The notes below the pieces were generated by a model, which was given only the letters and a program-made list of their open reading frames with translations, made no database searches and was not told the DNA's origin. Of a stretch of DNA of 64,000 nucleotides, positions 9,956 to 19,588 are shown one piece after another. The DNA comes from Patescibacteria group bacterium (GTDB lineage Bacteria; Patescibacteriota; Minisyncoccia; Moranbacterales; DUUL01): the NCBI GenBank assembly GCA_034660175.1, contig JAYEIQ010000006.1, forward strand, positions 10,201-74,200. The letters are read 5' to 3'. Numbering within the stretch: position 1 is the first letter of the stretch; each line of letters opens with the position of its first letter. A program made the position numbers and the translations under genes.

Positions 9956-10660
9956 ATGGCGCTTGATTTTTTGACAAACAATAAAAACAAACAGGAGGAT
10001 CACCAAGGGACAAGCATGCAGGAATATCTGAATGTTGCTGAGATAAAGGATGGTGTGGTTGTTGTGAAAGATGGCTCTCTCAGAGTAGTTTTGGCGGTTT
10101 CTTCGGTGAATTTTGATTTGAAGTCTGACACAGAACAAGAAGCAATTATCTTTGGTTATCAAAGATTTCTCAACGCTCTGGATTTTCCGCTCCAGATCTT
10201 GATTAGCACAAGAAAATTCAACATCAAACCTTATATGCAGATGCTTGAGAAAAAGAAAGAAATAGAAAGGAATACGCTCATGAGAGGACAAATAGAAGAT
10301 TATTTGGTTTTTGTGAAGGAATTGGTTAGTGTCTCAAACATAATGTCAAAATTGTTTTATGTTGTAGTTCCTTTTTATGTTGTGGAGTCAAAAAAAGGTG
10401 GATTTTTCAGTAGGTTCACTGCTTCGTTTAAGGCAAGAAAGGTGCTTTATCAAAAAAGAGAAGAATATGAAACCTATAAAAACCAACTTCTTCAAAGGGT
10501 TGATGAGGTCAAGGAGTCTTTGAGCGGAACAGGAATTCGAATGGTTCAGTTGAACACACAAGAGCTTATTGAACTCTATTATAATTATTATAATCCTTCG
10601 GAGTTTGAACACACCTCAATTCCAGCACTTGAATCTCTTGGTGTTGAGGAGATTCGTTAG
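9956..10660 (+). CDS. VirB4-associated (TraC/VirB4 N-terminal-like) protein
   Basis: QEYLNVAEIKDGVVVVKDGSLRVVLAVSSVNFDLKS...FLNALDFPLQI, located between PrgI and VirB4. Confidence 0.7.
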   Translation: MALDFLTNNKNKQEDHQGTSMQEYLNVAEIKDGVVVVKDGSLRVVLAVSSVNFDLKSDTEQEAIIFGYQRFLNALDFPLQILISTRKFNIKPYMQMLEKKKEIERNTLMRGQIEDYLVFVKELVSVSNIMSKLFYVVVPFYVVESKKGGFFSRFTASFKARKVLYQKREEYETYKNQLLQRVDEVKESLSGTGIRMVQLNTQELIELYYNYYNPSEFEHTSIPALESLGVEEIR

Positions 10661-10685
10661 GAATTTTATAGTTAAAGCTTTATAA

Positions 10686-12575
10686 ATGCCAAGTATACTT
10701 TCAAAATTATTACCAAAAAAACAAGAAGAAAAGGCCAAAGAAAGGGCTGAAGGAGTCCAGGAATTTGAGCAATCAAAGGAGGTGCCAGATGACCTTCTTG
10801 AGCAAGAAAAGTTATATCAAGAAGGCCTTGCTCATGTTTTGGATCTTATTTCTCCTTCAGCAATGGGAGTTTCCAGTTCTCATTTGCAAATAGGTGACGT
10901 GTATTGTCGAACATTGTTCGTTGCAGCATATCCACGCTCTCTTAGCATGGGATGGATGAATCCAATAATTGGAATGGATTTGCCTATGGATGTTGCGATG
11001 TATATATATCCTGTTGACACAGGGGCGATTTTGAAAAAGTTGCGCAAGAAGGTTACTCAAATTCAGTCAGAGATGAATATTGAGGCTGAAAAAGGATTAA
11101 CCAGAGATCCTGTTCTTGAAATGGCATATCACAACGTTGAAAAATTGAGAGACCAATTGCAGGAAGGAATTGAGCGTTTCTTCAAGTTTGGTCTCTATTT
11201 CAATGTGTTTGGCAAAACTCAAGAGAGACTTGAAAAGAACTGTGTTATGCTTGAATCCCTGGTTAATGCTCGATCTGTCTACACCAAAAAAGCGATTTTC
11301 AGAATGAAAGAAGGTTTTGTTTCTTGTATTCCTCTGGGAAAGGATAGAATTGGAAACGGAAATGCACTCAACACCTCTCCTTTGTCCACAACATTCCCTT
11401 TTGTTTCTGCTGATGTAACTTCAAACCAAGGAATCCTTTACGGAATCAACAGACACAACAACTCTTTGATTCTTTTTGACCGGTTCACGATGGAAAATGC
11501 AAATATGGTTGTTTTTGCAAAGTCTGGTGCTGGAAAAAGTTATACTGTAAAATTGGAAATTCTTAGATCGATGATGTTGGGAATCAATGCTATTGTAATT
11601 GATCCAGAAAATGAATATAAATACCTCTCAGAAGCTATTGGTGGTTCCTATCTCAATATTTCTTTGAACACAAAACACCATATCAATCCTTTTGATTTGT
11701 CGGAGGAGAAGGATCGATCCATGAAGGAAATTTATCGTTCAAATGTGGCTAACTTGCTTGGCCTCTTGAAGCTTATGCTCGGAAGACTCACACCAGAAGA
11801 AGAGTCTATTTTGGAGCAGGGTATCCGTGAGGCATATGCCGTACGTGATATTACAGAGAACACTTTAATTGAGGATCTTTCTGCTAGGACTGTGCCAGTT
11901 TTGACAGACCTGTATGAAATTCTCAGAAATATGAAGGGTGCGGAAGATCTAACAATAAGACTTGAGAAGTATACTAAAGGTATTTTTTCTGGTTTTTTGA
12001 ATGAGCGATCGAATATCACATTGGACAATCGATTGGTTGTTTTTAACATCAGAGATTTGGAAGAAGAGCTTCGTCCAATTGCTATGTATATGATCTTGAA
12101 TTTCATTTGGCGAGAAGTGAGAATGAATATTAAGAAAAGAATGATTGTTGTTGATGAGGCTTGGCGAATGATGGAACACGAAGACGCGGCTAGGTTTTTG
12201 TTTTCTGTGGCCAAAAGAATAAGAAAATACTATGGTGGACTTTCAACTATAACCCAAGATATTTCGGACTTCATGGCTTCAAAATATGGCAAGCCAATTG
12301 TTTCAAACTCATCAATTCAACTTTTGATGAAGCAGTCTCAGTCTGCGATTGATGTTATTGCAGACACATTTTATTTAACTGACCGAGAAAAGTATTTGCT
12401 CATGGATTGTGGTGTTGGTGAGGGGATCTTTTTTGCTGGATTGAAGCGTGCTGCTATTCAGGTGGTTGCATCATATGGTGAGGACAAAATAATCACAACA
12501 AATCCAGCCCAAAGACTTAAGATCGAGCGTGAGAAAAAAGAAAAAGAAACTGAGGTAGAAATGGAAAAAAAGTAG
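10686..12575 (+). CDS. virB4: VirB4-like type IV secretion ATPase
   Basis: Walker A AKSGAGKS, IVIDPENEY, INPFDL, Walker B IVVDEAW, RIRKYYG..ITQ. Confidence 0.88.
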   Translation: MPSILSKLLPKKQEEKAKERAEGVQEFEQSKEVPDDLLEQEKLYQEGLAHVLDLISPSAMGVSSSHLQIGDVYCRTLFVAAYPRSLSMGWMNPIIGMDLPMDVAMYIYPVDTGAILKKLRKKVTQIQSEMNIEAEKGLTRDPVLEMAYHNVEKLRDQLQEGIERFFKFGLYFNVFGKTQERLEKNCVMLESLVNARSVYTKKAIFRMKEGFVSCIPLGKDRIGNGNALNTSPLSTTFPFVSADVTSNQGILYGINRHNNSLILFDRFTMENANMVVFAKSGAGKSYTVKLEILRSMMLGINAIVIDPENEYKYLSEAIGGSYLNISLNTKHHINPFDLSEEKDRSMKEIYRSNVANLLGLLKLMLGRLTPEEESILEQGIREAYAVRDITENTLIEDLSARTVPVLTDLYEILRNMKGAEDLTIRLEKYTKGIFSGFLNERSNITLDNRLVVFNIRDLEEELRPIAMYMILNFIWREVRMNIKKRMIVVDEAWRMMEHEDAARFLFSVAKRIRKYYGGLSTITQDISDFMASKYGKPIVSNSSIQLLMKQSQSAIDVIADTFYLTDREKYLLMDCGVGEGIFFAGLKRAAIQVVASYGEDKIITTNPAQRLKIEREKKEKETEVEMEKK

Positions 12576-12593
12576 TTTTCTAAAAAAACTAAT

Positions 12594-13139
12594 ATGGATC
12601 AGGAGCAAGAATATTATAGTCAACTTGTGCGTAATCGTAATTTGCACAGAATGGAATTTGCGAAAGAGATGGCAAGTGATTTTTCTGCTGAAAAAGAAGC
12701 ACAAAATAAGAAATATGGAAACTACGCAGATACCGCTCGAACAATGCGAAGAGTTGCTGCTGGTTCAAAGATCAGGGCTCCAATTGAAGCTGTGAATCTT
12801 GGTTTCAAATTGAGACACGAATTGAAACAAGGAGAGGGATCCGCTCTCAAGCTTGCTTTATTTTTTGCTACTGTTATTGATTTTATTGACATCATTCCTG
12901 TTGCTGGTTGGTTGGTAACTTTATTTTTTAAGCCTATTTTGTTCATTATGCTTTGGGGTTATGGAACATGGAAATTAAAATTACTCAGAGCTGTTCTTCT
13001 TATGTTTGATTGTATACCTCTTGTGAACAAGATTCCAATGAGCGTTGCCAGTGTTGTTTACACCTATCATGTGATTAATAAAAGAAAAAAGGAGGCTCGA
13101 AAGGAATTGGATGAATTGCAAAAAGTTTTTGATGTTTGA
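12594..13139 (+). CDS. Hypothetical membrane protein
   Basis: 181-aa ORF with hydrophobic hairpins DIIPVAG and DCIPLV. Confidence 0.65.
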   Translation: MDQEQEYYSQLVRNRNLHRMEFAKEMASDFSAEKEAQNKKYGNYADTARTMRRVAAGSKIRAPIEAVNLGFKLRHELKQGEGSALKLALFFATVIDFIDIIPVAGWLVTLFFKPILFIMLWGYGTWKLKLLRAVLLMFDCIPLVNKIPMSVASVVYTYHVINKRKKEARKELDELQKVFDV

Positions 13140-13182
13140 GAAGAGTTGATTTTGAGAAAAGAAAAATTAAAGATATTTTGAA

Positions 13183-13872
13183 ATGTTTATTATTGCAGAT
13201 AAAAAGAAAACAGAATTGCTTTTGGTGCTGATCGGGTTTGTGGTTATCACATTGCTCATTGAGTTTTTTTTGTCGAAGATTGAAACAGATGGGGTTTGGG
13301 AATGGGCCTTATTATCAATGGTGTTTTTCTTGTTCACTCCTCTGTTCATAGTCAAAAAGCTTTGGAAAAAGACTTTCAAGGAATATTTTTTGTCACTTGA
13401 TGTTTCAATAAAAGCAATTGTTATTAGTCTGACTGCTGTGTTGATTTATGTTGCTGTAATGTGGCTTCTTGTGGTACAATTGAATTGGAGAGGGCATTTG
13501 ACTGTTTCAAGGTGGATTCTCGGAAGTACTGGCTTTTTGTTGTTCGTTGACCTTGTTGTCATGCCGTTTGTGATCTTTGCCAGAGAGTTCTTTTTTAGAG
13601 GTTTTATCTTGAAGTCAGCAGTGGGAGTATTGGGAATGGTTGGTGCAATTGTTTTTCAGTCAATTCTTGCCACTGGATATGATGTCTATATAGGTGGATT
13701 TTCTGATTGGGTGGGTGCTTGGCCTCAGATAGTGTTATTACTATTCTTTAATGCCATGCTTGGGTTTGTTGCTTTGGTAAGCAGGTCAATTATTGTTACA
13801 TCAATAATTTCCTGGGCACATTTTTTGTTTGTCGATCTATTTTTTGCATATCAACTATCAAATTTCAGTTAA
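13183..13872 (+). CDS. CPBP/Abi (CAAX protease-like) membrane protein, degenerate motifs
   Basis: REFFFRG matches the EExxFRG motif. C-terminal RSII...AH. Multi-TM. Confidence 0.65.
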   Translation: MFIIADKKKTELLLVLIGFVVITLLIEFFLSKIETDGVWEWALLSMVFFLFTPLFIVKKLWKKTFKEYFLSLDVSIKAIVISLTAVLIYVAVMWLLVVQLNWRGHLTVSRWILGSTGFLLFVDLVVMPFVIFAREFFFRGFILKSAVGVLGMVGAIVFQSILATGYDVYIGGFSDWVGAWPQIVLLLFFNAMLGFVALVSRSIIVTSIISWAHFLFVDLFFAYQLSNFS

Positions 13873-13900
13873 TTAAACCTGGATTTGAAAAAAACAAACT

Positions 13901-16768
13901 ATGAAAAAAAACAAAAAAACAAAAAACAGTCTATTTACATTTCCTGTTATTTTGATCGGAGCAATTTTTATGTTTTTCGGTTCAATGGCTTTTGCAGCAG
14001 GAGGAGTAGGCGATGGGGGCGCAGGAACTGATGATGAAGAAGAAAGAAGGGAACAGTGTGTGATCACCGCAAGCAAGGGATCTGTTGTGGACCTGAATGC
14101 AGTAGCTGAATGTATGGAAAATCGTTATGGATATGACAAGGACATGTTGCGTCGAGCCAAAAAGAAAGGGATTTCCCCAGAAATTGATATGCATTTTGAC
14201 AAAACGAACCCATCGGAGGGGCAAGAAGTGACCGCAATGGCAATAGGAAAATATTTTAGAAATGACATAGACGATCTTTATTACACTTGGTACATTAGGC
14301 ACACGGATGCTGCCGGGAATTTCACAAATACCTTAAGCGAAGGAAAGCAGGAGGCGATGGGGATTATTGCCAGAGGAAAATACGATCCAAGATTGTTCGG
14401 TGAGGATTATTCGGCGGATACTGACGGCGACGGTGGTTTTGGTCCTTTTGGCGGATATGATGGGGTTGGAGCCAAGGTAGGCTGGGGAACGGGAGAGTAT
14501 GATGACAGTCCCGATGTTTTGTGGGATGTTCCCAAGATGATCGTTGCTAGTAGTGCCATAACTCGTTGTTACGCTCACAATTTTGGAAACAAATTTGGAT
14601 CAGGAGAGGATGGTAATTCGGGAAGGGACATGATCATTCCTTGTGAGCATGAATGGCCAAATTGTGGAGGTCATATAACTGGAGATGGTAACTTTAGTGC
14701 AGATGAGGAAAGATGCTGGAATACTGATCCAACTAATCCAGACACTGATGGTGATGGAATTCGTGACGAGCTGGACATTATGGGTCTCGGTCAGCAAGAA
14801 TTTACCTGGACCTATCGGGCCGGTGATCATGTGGGAGTTGTTATTGAAGGAACTTCTTTGTCGACTATCAATGAAGGGGGTATGAACTTTGATAACTATG
14901 TTGATTGCGAATGGTCAACTCTCGCTTCTTCTGCTGATGGTTCGATATCTTGCGGTGGTTCGGGAACACGAGATGAAGCTTTGGCTGCATGTCGTGATTG
15001 TCTTCAAGATGATCTGGAGACAATAACAGAAGAGACAACAACAGGAACTGAAACATCAACAGGAACCCAAGACCCAGTGACTGGTGCCACGACTGGAACT
15101 ACTGTTGTAGATATCACAACAGAGGGCACTGAAACGACAGACTTAACCGAGCAAAATAATGGAATAGCTGCCTATGATGCCTGCGAAGAGAGTCTACAGA
15201 GACACTGTATACATCTAGATCCAAACGAGTCGGATGAAGATATCCTGGAGCAGCTTGAAGATGATGGTGCTCTTAACATGGATGGAGCTACCAACGCCTA
15301 TTACAAAATTATGTGGGCGCATCTGGATTTCGTTGGAGAAGGAGATAGGGCGGGGTTCGGTTATAAAGAATCAATCTCTATAGATGAAAAGGGCGAAGAA
15401 CTATTGGAGCCAGCAATTGACTACGCTCCAAAGAACCCACAATATGATAGCATTGACTCTTTGAATTCGGATATCATAACCGTTACAGCAGGCGTGAATA
15501 ATGACAATGTTGATGAGGATTTCTTGTACTACAACTGGAGAGTTCGCAAATGTGTTGCAGATGATCTTTTTGAGTGTCCATATGAAATGACAGGAGCGGT
15601 TGAATGGGAATCTTTCAATCAAGGTTTGGGAGTCAAAAAAATCAAGTTTATTCCGACTTCAGATCTTTTTGAGTCTGGAGAAACTAAGGTTTGGTTGAAG
15701 GTGAATGTGGTTGTTTCTCAACACGAGGATTATGTCGGTGGAGCAGAGCTGGATTTGGAGCAAGATTATTTCCCTGTTGGTGCGATTGACGAAGTGATGA
15801 TGACTGTAACACGAAATGACATGAATTTGAGACTTTTCAGGGCTTTTAACAACGGAGGTACATGGACTGTTGGTGATGAAATTTGTGCAGCAGGTGTATA
15901 TCGAGATATTTGTCCCCTGTATCCTTTTGAAGTTGTCGCTGCTAGGGCAGAAACGCCTTCCGCGGAAATGTTTGCCTGGCAACTCAACGATGAGCAATTG
16001 CAACCTCCTCTAGAGTGTTTGATGAGTTCTGGTTGTAATGTCTATGAAGATACTGTTTTCTTTCCAGTTTTTGGATCAGGAAAATCTCTTGGCACAATCT
16101 CTGCCACGGCCAATGGAATTGGAAATACAAATATAATTTCTCAGAGAATATTCTCTATATTTAATCCTGTTGGTGTGCTTGTTTCAGGAAGTGCAAACTT
16201 GACCCCAACGGAAAGATATGATGGAGCTCCCTCAGAATTTGTGTATGAATCTGCAGCAGGAGAAACTGTGTCGTTGTTTGTTGACTCCTTGATTCCAAGT
16301 TATCTAGATTGGTCGGAAGTGAACATTCAGTGGTATATTAATGGGATACAGGCGTATGATGGAATTGCCTTAGTACCTGATTTTGTTGTAACAAATCCAA
16401 GTTTGAATCTTACAGTTAGTCCTGATAGACGAACAATTTCATTCGTGAATGATGGTCTTTGGGGAAAAGGACTTGAAGTAGCCTGCAGAATTGAAAAGTT
16501 GGTTGATAGTGTAGATTTATTGGAAAGAGGTTGGGCAATAAGAGACAGTCACACGCTTGTTCAAGACACAAATGTGAATGTTAAGGTTGCATTTGATGCC
16601 ACGTTTGAGGCAGCTCCAATTGGAAGCAGAACATTGCAAAAATTTCTTGCATCTTCTTTGCATAATGCTCCACAATACTTGATTTTTATTGTTCGACTTG
16701 CTGTTGCAATGGTTTTGGTCTGGAGTATCTTGTTTGGAGTTTCCTATGCAGTGAAGCTAAATGAATAG
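13901..16768 (+). CDS. Large Cys-rich cell-surface protein
   Basis: Signal peptide, DPTNPDTDGDG repeat, Thr-rich stretch, many Cys, C-terminal TM anchor. Confidence 0.7.
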   Translation: MKKNKKTKNSLFTFPVILIGAIFMFFGSMAFAAGGVGDGGAGTDDEEERREQCVITASKGSVVDLNAVAECMENRYGYDKDMLRRAKKKGISPEIDMHFDKTNPSEGQEVTAMAIGKYFRNDIDDLYYTWYIRHTDAAGNFTNTLSEGKQEAMGIIARGKYDPRLFGEDYSADTDGDGGFGPFGGYDGVGAKVGWGTGEYDDSPDVLWDVPKMIVASSAITRCYAHNFGNKFGSGEDGNSGRDMIIPCEHEWPNCGGHITGDGNFSADEERCWNTDPTNPDTDGDGIRDELDIMGLGQQEFTWTYRAGDHVGVVIEGTSLSTINEGGMNFDNYVDCEWSTLASSADGSISCGGSGTRDEALAACRDCLQDDLETITEETTTGTETSTGTQDPVTGATTGTTVVDITTEGTETTDLTEQNNGIAAYDACEESLQRHCIHLDPNESDEDILEQLEDDGALNMDGATNAYYKIMWAHLDFVGEGDRAGFGYKESISIDEKGEELLEPAIDYAPKNPQYDSIDSLNSDIITVTAGVNNDNVDEDFLYYNWRVRKCVADDLFECPYEMTGAVEWESFNQGLGVKKIKFIPTSDLFESGETKVWLKVNVVVSQHEDYVGGAELDLEQDYFPVGAIDEVMMTVTRNDMNLRLFRAFNNGGTWTVGDEICAAGVYRDICPLYPFEVVAARAETPSAEMFAWQLNDEQLQPPLECLMSSGCNVYEDTVFFPVFGSGKSLGTISATANGIGNTNIISQRIFSIFNPVGVLVSGSANLTPTERYDGAPSEFVYESAAGETVSLFVDSLIPSYLDWSEVNIQWYINGIQAYDGIALVPDFVVTNPSLNLTVSPDRRTISFVNDGLWGKGLEVACRIEKLVDSVDLLERGWAIRDSHTLVQDTNVNVKVAFDATFEAAPIGSRTLQKFLASSLHNAPQYLIFIVRLAVAMVLVWSILFGVSYAVKLNE

Positions 16769-16771
16769 CAA

Positions 16772-17188
16772 ATGAAAACAAAAAAAATATATAAATTTGT
16801 ACGCCTAGTTTTTCTGAGCGCTATTTCTGTAATGGCTCCAATGGTTGTTTTTGCTGGGAGTTATGTAACAAGAGAGCCCATCCCTGGTGCTCCAAGAAGA
16901 AATAATTTTATTGAATATCTTGGAGATTTGTATGGGTTTGGAATCGCAGTGGCTGCCATTTTGGCCATATTTATGATTTCTTTTGGTGCATTTGTCTATA
17001 TTGTTAGTTCTGCGGGAAATTCTGCCAAGATGGGAAATGCTAAGGATATGATTTTTAATGCCATTTATGGTCTCATTATTGCCCTTATAGCCTACTTGAT
17101 CCTCTTTGTTGTTAACCCTGATCTTGTTAGAGGAACGATTGATTCCGTTCCTCCTGCTAGAGACTTTATGACTAATAGAGGGCCTTAG
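16772..17188 (+). CDS. VirB2/TrbC-like pilin
   Basis: Signal peptide, then TM-SAGNSAKMGNAKDMIFNAIYGL-TM-VNPDL. Confidence 0.8.
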   Translation: MKTKKIYKFVRLVFLSAISVMAPMVVFAGSYVTREPIPGAPRRNNFIEYLGDLYGFGIAVAAILAIFMISFGAFVYIVSSAGNSAKMGNAKDMIFNAIYGLIIALIAYLILFVVNPDLVRGTIDSVPPARDFMTNRGP

Positions 17189-17229
17189 CAAAAACATAAA
17201 AGTTTTTAGAACAAAATCAAAACATAAAA

Positions 17230-18360
17230 ATGACAAAGAAAATATTTATTGTTTCAGCTATTATTTTCGCAATAGCAATTAGTGCCTTGATTGTTTCCAA
17301 GGTTTTTTTGTCTGAAAAAGGTTCGTCTAGTTTAAGTATTGATAACCCATTTTCAGATGATGAAGATGATGATGAAAAAGAGGTTGAAAGTCCCAGTGAT
17401 GCAGTTATCTCAAAAGTGCTTGACAGAGAGGTGAAGGGTGTGGTTTTGACTGGCTCAAGCCAACTTATGTTCTATAATGATCAAAAAGTTCTTTCAACAA
17501 ATTTTGAAGGAAAAAAACTCAAGTCGTTGGGTGCGTATCCTTTTGTAAAGGTTCGGGATTTTGATTGGCACCCAAAAAATGAAAAAGCCTTAGTCAATGA
17601 TAACGGCAAGTATTATACCTATTTCCTCAAAGACAACTCTGCTCGTGAATTTGCTCTGAATGCCGATGTTGCCAAATGGGATGTTTTTGGTGATAGAGTT
17701 ATATACAAAAAATATGATGTCAATTCATCAAAGAGGATAATAGGAGTTGTAAATTCATCGGGAGAGGAACAGCGAACTTTGGTCGAAGACCTTCCTTTTA
17801 AGAAAGTTGATTTTACGGTGCCTCAAAAAAAGAACTTTTTTTGCTATTTCCCAACATCGGACAGTTTAGTTAGTGGAAATCTCATTTGTGTTGACGTGAA
17901 AAGCAACGAGCAAAAACAGGTCCACGCTGATTCTTTTGGTGCAGACTACTTGCTCTCACCAAATGGAAAGAAAGTGCTTATTTCATCTGCTCAAAAGAGG
18001 GGTGGAAATAAGCTTATTCTTGGGGTGATGAGCTTGAAAGGGGCTGAATTTCAAGGTTTGAATTTTTCCACTTCGGTTAAAAAGTGTGTTTGGGCAAAAG
18101 ATAGTAAGCACATTTTCTGCGGAGCTATAAATGCTATTCCGGGTCAAGCTGTTATGCCAAATGATTGGGAGAACAAGAAATACTATTCTTCAGACACGTT
18201 TTGGAAGATAAATACTGATAATGGAAAACAAACCAGGCTGATCGATCTTGAACAAACACCTGGTCATCTTGATGGAGCTAACTATTTTCTTGATGAAAAA
18301 GAAAAAAACTTGTTTTTCATTGAAAGAAAGTCAGGTCATCTTTACAAGGTCAGTCTCTAA
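17230..18360 (+). CDS. Membrane-anchored beta-propeller (TolB-like) protein
   Basis: N-terminal TM. Repeated blade motifs WHPKNEK, LSPNGKKVL, WAKDSKHIF. Confidence 0.6.
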   Translation: MTKKIFIVSAIIFAIAISALIVSKVFLSEKGSSSLSIDNPFSDDEDDDEKEVESPSDAVISKVLDREVKGVVLTGSSQLMFYNDQKVLSTNFEGKKLKSLGAYPFVKVRDFDWHPKNEKALVNDNGKYYTYFLKDNSAREFALNADVAKWDVFGDRVIYKKYDVNSSKRIIGVVNSSGEEQRTLVEDLPFKKVDFTVPQKKNFFCYFPTSDSLVSGNLICVDVKSNEQKQVHADSFGADYLLSPNGKKVLISSAQKRGGNKLILGVMSLKGAEFQGLNFSTSVKKCVWAKDSKHIFCGAINAIPGQAVMPNDWENKKYYSSDTFWKINTDNGKQTRLIDLEQTPGHLDGANYFLDEKEKNLFFIERKSGHLYKVSL

Positions 18361-19588
18361 TTGTCTGCTTTGTCATCGTAAGATGGCTCAAGAAAAACCA
18401 AAAGAGCACAGCAAGATCATTTTTCCAAAAAGGAACATCGATCATTCCGTGGAATAGAAAGTAAATCAAAATAACAAGTGAAATCGCAACTGACGAGGAT
18501 GCGATTTTTGTTTTAGTTGAGGTGAATGCTTTGAAGTTCAAGAAGAGAATTGCTATTACTGATGCAAGGCCTCCCTCAATCCACAGGTGCAAAAGCATGT
18601 TGTGAGCATGGGGGATTGCCCATTGAGGATATGGAGGAAAGTGAGGTTGATAGTTTAGATATGATATTTGAAAGTTGTTGCTGCCTATGCCAAGAAGTAT
18701 ATGATCAATAAGAATCATTTTACTTGATAGGTATACAGCAATTCTTGAATCAAGGGATGTTGCAGGAACTGATGGTGAGTATTGAATTATTTCCAAGAAA
18801 AGTTCTAGATTAACAATGGTGAACAAAAACAAAAGATTAAAGAAAAGCAGAAATAATGCTAGTCTTTTCGCAGCATAAAAATTAATTTTTAAAAGAAAAT
18901 AGAAAAATAAGGAAACAATGAGTCCGATCCAGGCTCCCATGGAATCAGTTTTAATTAAAGAAAAAAGATTGGCTGCAAGTAATAGTGTGAGAGTTGTTTT
19001 GAATAGCGAGGGGTATTGATTGAAAAACTTGTTCTGCTTTGTTGTTGTCTTGAGCAGGTTAATTCCCAAAAGAATAGCAACTACAAGGAGTGATGCAAAA
19101 AAGTTAGGTGACTCATAAATAAAGTCCAAACGATTATCGAAAGTGAGTCTGTTTGTGATGACAAAAAAATATCCGAAAATACCTTGAAAACTGATGCTAA
19201 CAAAAAGAATCCATTGGATTTTCACAAAAGAAAGAACTCCCTTTTTTGACAGGTTGGCAGCAACGATGCCAAAGAGTATGGGCAATACGACAAAACTTTT
19301 GAGTGTTCCAAGACTGCTAGACCAAGAAGATTTTTCTGCGTTGAACAAAAAAGAAAAGAGGAAAGACAAAAGAAAGGTTGATACAGATATAAAAAAAAGC
19401 TTATTTTTACTTAAGAATATCCCTAGTTCTTTTCTGGAAAAAGCTGATATAGACTTTATAGAGCCGAAAAGAATACAAACAAAAAGAAGAATATCTAAAA
19501 AATTAACACTTCCAATTGATCCAATGGGAAATCTGAAAAAATAGGAAGGTAAAATCAGGAAAGTTAGATAAAAAAGGCTATTCATCAT
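18350..19588 (-). CDS. O-antigen ligase (Wzy_C) family protein
   Basis: ESPNFFA, SMGAWIG, R...LGIGSNNF, HAHNMLLHLWIEGG. Confidence 0.85.
   Translation of the reverse strand: MMNSLFYLTFLILPSYFFRFPIGSIGSVNFLDILLFVCILFGSIKSISAFSRKELGIFLSKNKLFFISVSTFLLSFLFSFLFNAEKSSWSSSLGTLKSFVVLPILFGIVAANLSKKGVLSFVKIQWILFVSISFQGIFGYFFVITNRLTFDNRLDFIYESPNFFASLLVVAILLGINLLKTTTKQNKFFNQYPSLFKTTLTLLLAANLFSLIKTDSMGAWIGLIVSLFFYFLLKINFYAAKRLALFLLFFNLLFLFTIVNLELFLEIIQYSPSVPATSLDSRIAVYLSSKMILIDHILLGIGSNNFQISYLNYQPHFPPYPQWAIPHAHNMLLHLWIEGGLASVIAILFLNFKAFTSTKTKIASSSVAISLVILIYFLFHGMIDVPFWKNDLAVLFWFFLSHLTMTKQTIRD

Noticed and set aside
4311-18360. Integrated conjugative element or prophage
   Set aside because: No integrase, relaxase, att pair or phage genes seen. 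Composition looks like the flanking core genes.
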